Source: Pristiophorus japonicus
Lineage: Eukaryota
Length of the DNA stretch: 64,000 nt
Assembly (NCBI RefSeq): GCF_044704955.1
Contig: NC_091993.1
Span: 117,242,001-117,306,000, forward strand
Reading direction: 5' to 3'
The notes under the pieces were generated by a model that was not told the DNA's origin, ran no database searches, and saw only the letters and a list, made by a program, of their open reading frames with translations. How positions within the stretch are numbered: position 1 is the first letter of the stretch; each line of letters starts with the position of its first letter. The translations under genes were made by a program, and so were the position numbers. This document shows, piece after piece, positions 58,806-64,000 of this stretch.

Positions 58806-61036
58806 CTAACATCTAGCGTTAGCATAAATTGCCATTTCAGAGTCCTGTGGAGTATCAGGTGATGGAGGGTCTCTGTTGTTCGTTGGGGGATAGGTTTGAA
58901 CCTTGATAGCACTGTAGGTGACACTGTCCTTGTTGTTAACTGAGTGCCTGGCCACCTCACCGCTCCGTGCTGTTGATTGCTTTTGAAACTCCACTCTTGC
59001 ATACGTGATTCCATTTTCATCGTTACTCAATTGGGCAGTTCCCTCGTTGGGCATTTCTGCTGAGCTATGTCGAAGGGGCTTTAGACTTGCATATACAGTG
59101 CTCCCTTCCGCTGCTGAAAATTGCTAAAATAAAAAAAAATACAAGATCCAATTTATCTCTGATTAACTTGAATGGTGGTTTGTGCTGTTATGAGGTAAAA
59201 TGTATTTCTAGATTATTACAAATCAGTTTACAAAGTATTACAAAGTACGACAAATTATTTACAGCACAGAAACAGGCCATTCGGCCCAATGGGTCCATGT
59301 CGGTGTTTATGCTCCACACGAGCCTCCTTCCACCCCTCTTCATCTAACCCCATCAACATACCCTCTATTCCTTTCTCCCCATGTGCTTATTTAGCTTCCT
59401 CTTGAATGCATTTATGCTATTTGCCTCAACTACTCCCTGTGGTAGCGAGTTCCACATTCTGACCACTCTCTGGGTCAAGAAGTTCCTCCTGAATTCCCGA
59501 TTGGATTTATTACTGTCTTATATGTATGACCCCTAGTTCTGGTCTCGCTCGCAAGTGGAAACATCTTCTCTATGTCTACCCTATCCAACCCTTCTATAAT
59601 CTTGAAGACCTCTGTCAGGTCACCCCTCAGTTTTATCTTTTCAGAAAAGAACCCCAGCCTGTTCAATCTTTCCATAAATGTTTAATTTTCCAAGAGAGTA
59701 TAATAACACATTACATATCATAGAAACATAGAAACATAGAAAATAGGTGCAGGAGTTGGCCATTCGGACCTTCGAGCCTGCACCACCATTCAATATGATT
59801 ATGGCTGATCATGCAACTTCAGTACCCCATTCCTGCTTTCTCTCCATACCCCTTGATCCCTTTGGCCGGAAAGGGCCACATCTAACTCCCTTTTGAATAT
59901 ATCTAATGAACTGGCCTCAACAACTTTTTGTAGTAGAGAATTCCACAGGTTCACAATTCTCTGAGTGAAGACGTTTCTCCTCATCTCAGTCCTAAATGGC
60001 TTATCCCTTATCCTTAGACTGTGACCCCGGTTCTGGACTTCCCCAACATCGGGAACATTCTTCCTGCATCTAACCTGTTGAATCCCGTCAGAATTTTATA
60101 TGTTTCTATGAGATCCCCTCTCATGCTTCTAAATTCCAGTGAATATAAGCCTAGTCGATCCAATCTTTCATATATCAGTCCTGCCATCCTGGGAATCTGT
60201 CTGGTGAACCTTCGCTGCACTCCCTCAAAAGCAAGAATGTCCTTCCTCAGATTAGGAGACCAAAACTATACACAATATTCAAGGTGTGGCCTCACCAAGG
60301 CCCTGTACAACTGCAGTAAGACCTCCTTGCTCCTATTCTCAAATCCTCTTGCTATGAAGGCCTTTTGCCTTCTTCACCGCCTGCTGTACGTGCATGCCAA
60401 CTTTCAATGACTGATATACCATGACACCCAGGTCTCGTTGCACCTCCCCTTTTCCTAATCTGTCACCATTCAGATAATATTCATCATCTCATGGGTCAAG
60501 TAGCAGTGATCCTAAATAAATATTAACTACATCTATATTTACAACAACAACAACTTGCTTTCATAGAGTGCCTTCAATGTAGTAAAATGTCCCATGGAGC
60601 GTTACAGGAGCATAATCAGTTAAAAATTGAAACCGAGCCAAATAAGGAGACATCAGGGCAGTTGGCCAAAAACTTCTAAGGTTTTAAGGCAAAATATTTT
60701 AAGGAGCGTCGTAAAGAAGGAGATAGCAGCGGAGAGGTTTAAGAACGAAAATTCCAGAGCTTAGGGCCTAGATGTCTGAAGTCAAGTCCGCCAATGGTGG
60801 TGTTAAGGAAGTGGAGGATGCATAAGGCCGGAGTGGGAGGAACGCAGAGTTCTTGGAAAGTTGTCGGGCTGGAGGAGGTTAAAAGGTTAAAATAATGCAT
60901 GTGCACATCCTGGCCCAAAATCCTAATTTTCAGTTTCATAATTTCCAAACATTATTCAGAGGATTCATACTTAATACCCTTACCTGATTATCATGAAGAG
61001 TTTTGTCTCCTCTATTACATATTATGCAGTTTGTAT
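58806..61036 (-). CDS. Gene C (partial): inhibitory paralog of gene A. Exons 61036-60984 (DTNCIICNRGDKTLHDNQ) and 59123-58806 (tail with TVYASL, ITYARV, VTYSAI, AIYANA); upstream exons lie beyond the window
   Basis: Same exon lengths (53 and 318 nt), splice sites and flanking intron repeats as gene A exons 6-7; both exons are open. Confidence 0.85.
59718..60482 (-). mobile_element. CR1 3' fragment specific to gene C intron
   Basis: CR1 motifs; absent at the paralogous site in A (~3135). Confidence 0.88.
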
Positions 61037-62266
61037 CTGAAAAATGAGAATGCTGCTGTTGAAAGAGCTATAACAGGAACAATTAATATGTTTAAAACTG
61101 AGTTTTAAAAATGTACAAACTGAGCAGGTGTTTCAGAGTGCATGACCATACATTGATCTACATTTATGTGAACCTCATCTGCATTGCACACATGATTCCC
61201 TACATAGAGCGAAAAACTGCTCTGGTTATTCTGCACAATATTCAGAAAGCACGGAGGTAACTTTCACCTTCACTGACTGACGCAGCAGATCATCTGCCTG
61301 TTGCGGAACTCGCCCGATTATCACCCATTGATTTCTACAAGGCACTCTGCCAGATTATCGCCCAGACGTGAAGGTGAAAATTAGCTCCCCGTGTGTTCAG
61401 GGTTTTACGAGACAAAGAGATGTTGAATCAGTTTGGGTGGTGATGAGGAATAATAAAGGGGAAAAAGTCGCTGATGGGTGTAGTCTATATGCCCCCTAAC
61501 AGTAGCTACATTGTTGTTGGAGTATAAATCAAGAAATAATGGAGACTTGTAACAAAAGGAACATCAATAATCATGGGCGATTTTAACCTTCATATTGATT
61601 GGACAAAGCAAATTGGACAGGGTAGCCTTGAGGAAGTGTTCATGGAGTGTATCCGGGATAGTTTCCTTAAACAGTTTCAGAACCAAGCAGGAAGCAGGCT
61701 ATCTTAGGTCTGGTACTGTGTAATGAAATAGGATTAATAAACGATCACCTGATAAAAGATTTTCGAGGAATGAGTGACCATAGCATGGTTGAATTTCAAA
61801 ATCAGTTGGAGTGTCGGAAGTGCCGTCTTTCGGATGGGACGTTAATCCAAGGCTCCGTCTGCCCTCTCAGGTGGATATAAAAGATCCTATTGCACTATTT
61901 CAAAGAAGAGCAGGGGAGTTAGCCCTAGTTTCCTGGCCAATATTTTTCCCTCAACCAACATAACTAAAACAGATTTTCTGATGATTATCATATTGCTGTT
62001 TGTGGGACCTTGCTGTGTGCAAATTGTCTGCCGCGTTTCCTACATTATAACAGTGACTAAACTTCAAGAAGTACTTCTTTGGTTAAAAAGTGCTTTGGGA
62101 TGTCTGATGTTTATGAAAGGCACTCGATAATTCTTTCTTTTTTCTACTGACACCACAATGTCAGCCGATGAGTTGGGGGTGGGGAAGGACTAGTTTATTT
62201 TGCAGCAAACAAAATTTATTTATTAAGAAAACAGTAATGCAAACAAAGTCTATTTACTCAGCAGAG

Positions 62267-62432
62267 CCTATTTAAACAGTGCATTACAGCAAACAGTCTA
62301 CAGGGTCTATTTAAACAGTGCATTACAGCAAACAGTCTACAGAGTCTAGTTAAACAGTACATTACAGCAAACAGTCTACAGAGTCTATTTAAACAGTGCA
62401 TTACAGAAAACAGTCTACAGAGTCTATTTAAA
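62267..62432. repeat. Paralogous 39-bp minisatellite, 4 full units plus a partial unit
   Basis: Units start at 62267, 62306, 62345, 62384. Confidence 0.95.
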
Positions 62433-63230
62433 AAGAGTCTGTATGGATTAGAGGAACAGAACTCCGGACCAAAACTACGGCCATTTCTCCTGATGATAAA
62501 AGGATGATTTCTCCAGCAAAATGTAGTGACAGAAGGCTGTTACATAATGCAAATTGATTATTTCTCCAGAAAAACGCAGTGTGGACGATAGCTACATGTA
62601 AATTCTGAGCATAAATTCAATCCCTGTCACTTACAGCAGTGCAGTCTCCAGGTATGATTGACGGGGAATTACCCAATCATCTCCATGGCCGAGAATAGTG
62701 GTTTCACTATAAGCAGATGGGAGAAATCTTAGGGGTCGTCACCTCAGTGATTGCAGGTGCAGCATTAGCAGAGGAAAACTGGTCCACCTTGTTGATCCAT
62801 GAGTAGCATTTGTCTCAGAGAAGCATAGTTGTCTGTGGCAGCTCTTTGCTGGAGCAATCTAAAACTAATGCTAATGCCTTTGCTTGCTATTCAATGCTCT
62901 GTATATCCCTCTGCTTCAAATCATTACCCAATTTACCTTTAAAAGGTCCAAGCGTCTTTGTCACTCTCTGTGACAAAACATTCCATGCTCCAGCAACCCT
63001 CTGAATAAAGAAATGTCTCCTTACCTTTCTGCTCACTCTCTTGGTAACAATTTTAAATTGATGACCCCTTTAACACTGACTCCCCAACCAGAGAAAACCA
63101 TTTTTCCCCATTCACTCGATCAGGACCGTTCATATCATTGAAAACCTCCAGTAGACGAGAAGGGGAAGGGAAGAAACTATGAGGTAACTTAGAAACAAAA
63201 AGAACAAAGGAAACACGTTTGTTGTTAATA

Positions 63231-63719
63231 CAAGTTGAACCTCCCTTATCCGGCATCCTCGGGACCTGGCCTGTTCCGAATGAGGGATTTTGCCGTATGA
63301 GGGGAGTTCGCGCCTTTAAGGGCTGTTGCTAGGCTGGGCTGAGGTGTTGCTGCGGTCAGTGTGTGTGTGCGCCGATTGGCTGGAATAACTGTCAGTCAGC
63401 CAATCAGTGTGCAGGGGGCTGAGAAGAGTTGATGGGCCCCGAAGAGCTGGCAGACCCAGAAGAGTTGGCGAGCCCAGAACAGTCGGCCCGACCCCCCCGG
63501 AGGGAGTGCTGTGGAGAGGAGCGACTGGCCCGAGGACTGTGGCTACAGGAGTTCCAGCAGGGTGACGAGGAGGAGGCAGCCGATCGAGGAGAAAGATTAT
63601 ATTGGCGAGTAGGATTTTGACGGTTGTGTTCTGCGCATGCGCCACCCAGCGGCCAGGAATGGTTCCGGACGAGGGGTGGTGCCGGATAAGGGAATCCCGG
63701 ATAAGAGCGGTTCAACCTG
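63231..63719. mobile_element. Tc1/mariner-pogo (Tigger-like) MITE specific to gene C
   Basis: ~23-bp imperfect TIR CA(A/G)GTTGAACC..CTTATCCGG, TA TSD; absent at the paralogous site in A (~8835). Confidence 0.8.
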
Positions 63720-64000
63720 TACATAGCTTGTATATGCAATGATGATTGTAAACTTGATTATCATCATAACATTAGGACCAGATTTAATAAATCACCACCT
63801 TTAAACACCTGTCTCCTAATGAAAGAATTACTAATGGGACTAAAGGTGGACAAGTTCCCTGGACCTGACGGTTGCATCCTAGGGTCTGAAAAGAAGTGGC
63901 TGCAGAGATAGTGGATGCATTAGTTGTAATCTAGCAAAACTCCCTGAATTATGGAGAGGTCCCAGCGGACTGGAAAACCACAAATGTAACACCTCTATTT

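Overview
Repeat-rich vertebrate genomic DNA, most likely from a cartilaginous fish. This is inferred from the repeat set (SacSINE/DeuSINE-type SINEs, abundant CR1, Penelope, Tx1 and Harbinger elements); the species cannot be determined. Most entries in the ORF track are repeat-derived noise. Reading splice sites by hand shows a minus-strand tandem cluster of three paralogous Ig-superfamily receptor genes, with a CD300/pIgR-type V domain followed by an FcR/FCRL-like C2 domain wherever the ectodomain exons lie in the window. Gene A (25081->2223) is complete: 7 exons, 415 aa, uncharged TM, and a tail with ITSM, ITIM, ITIM-like and YxN motifs (inhibitory type). Gene B (48650->~38813) has a closely related ectodomain but a non-homologous TM exon carrying an Arg and a short Tyr-free tail (activating type). 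No leader exon could be found for B. Gene C (only its last two exons, 61036->58806) is a second inhibitory paralog that runs off the right edge. The A and B V domains are ~68% identical versus ~92% for C2, consistent with a paired-receptor system with a diversifying ligand-binding face. The window also holds a full-length decayed Gypsy LTR element with TSD, solo LTRs, a four-level transposon nest, and Tx1-type LINE ends stacked at one site inside a solo LTR.
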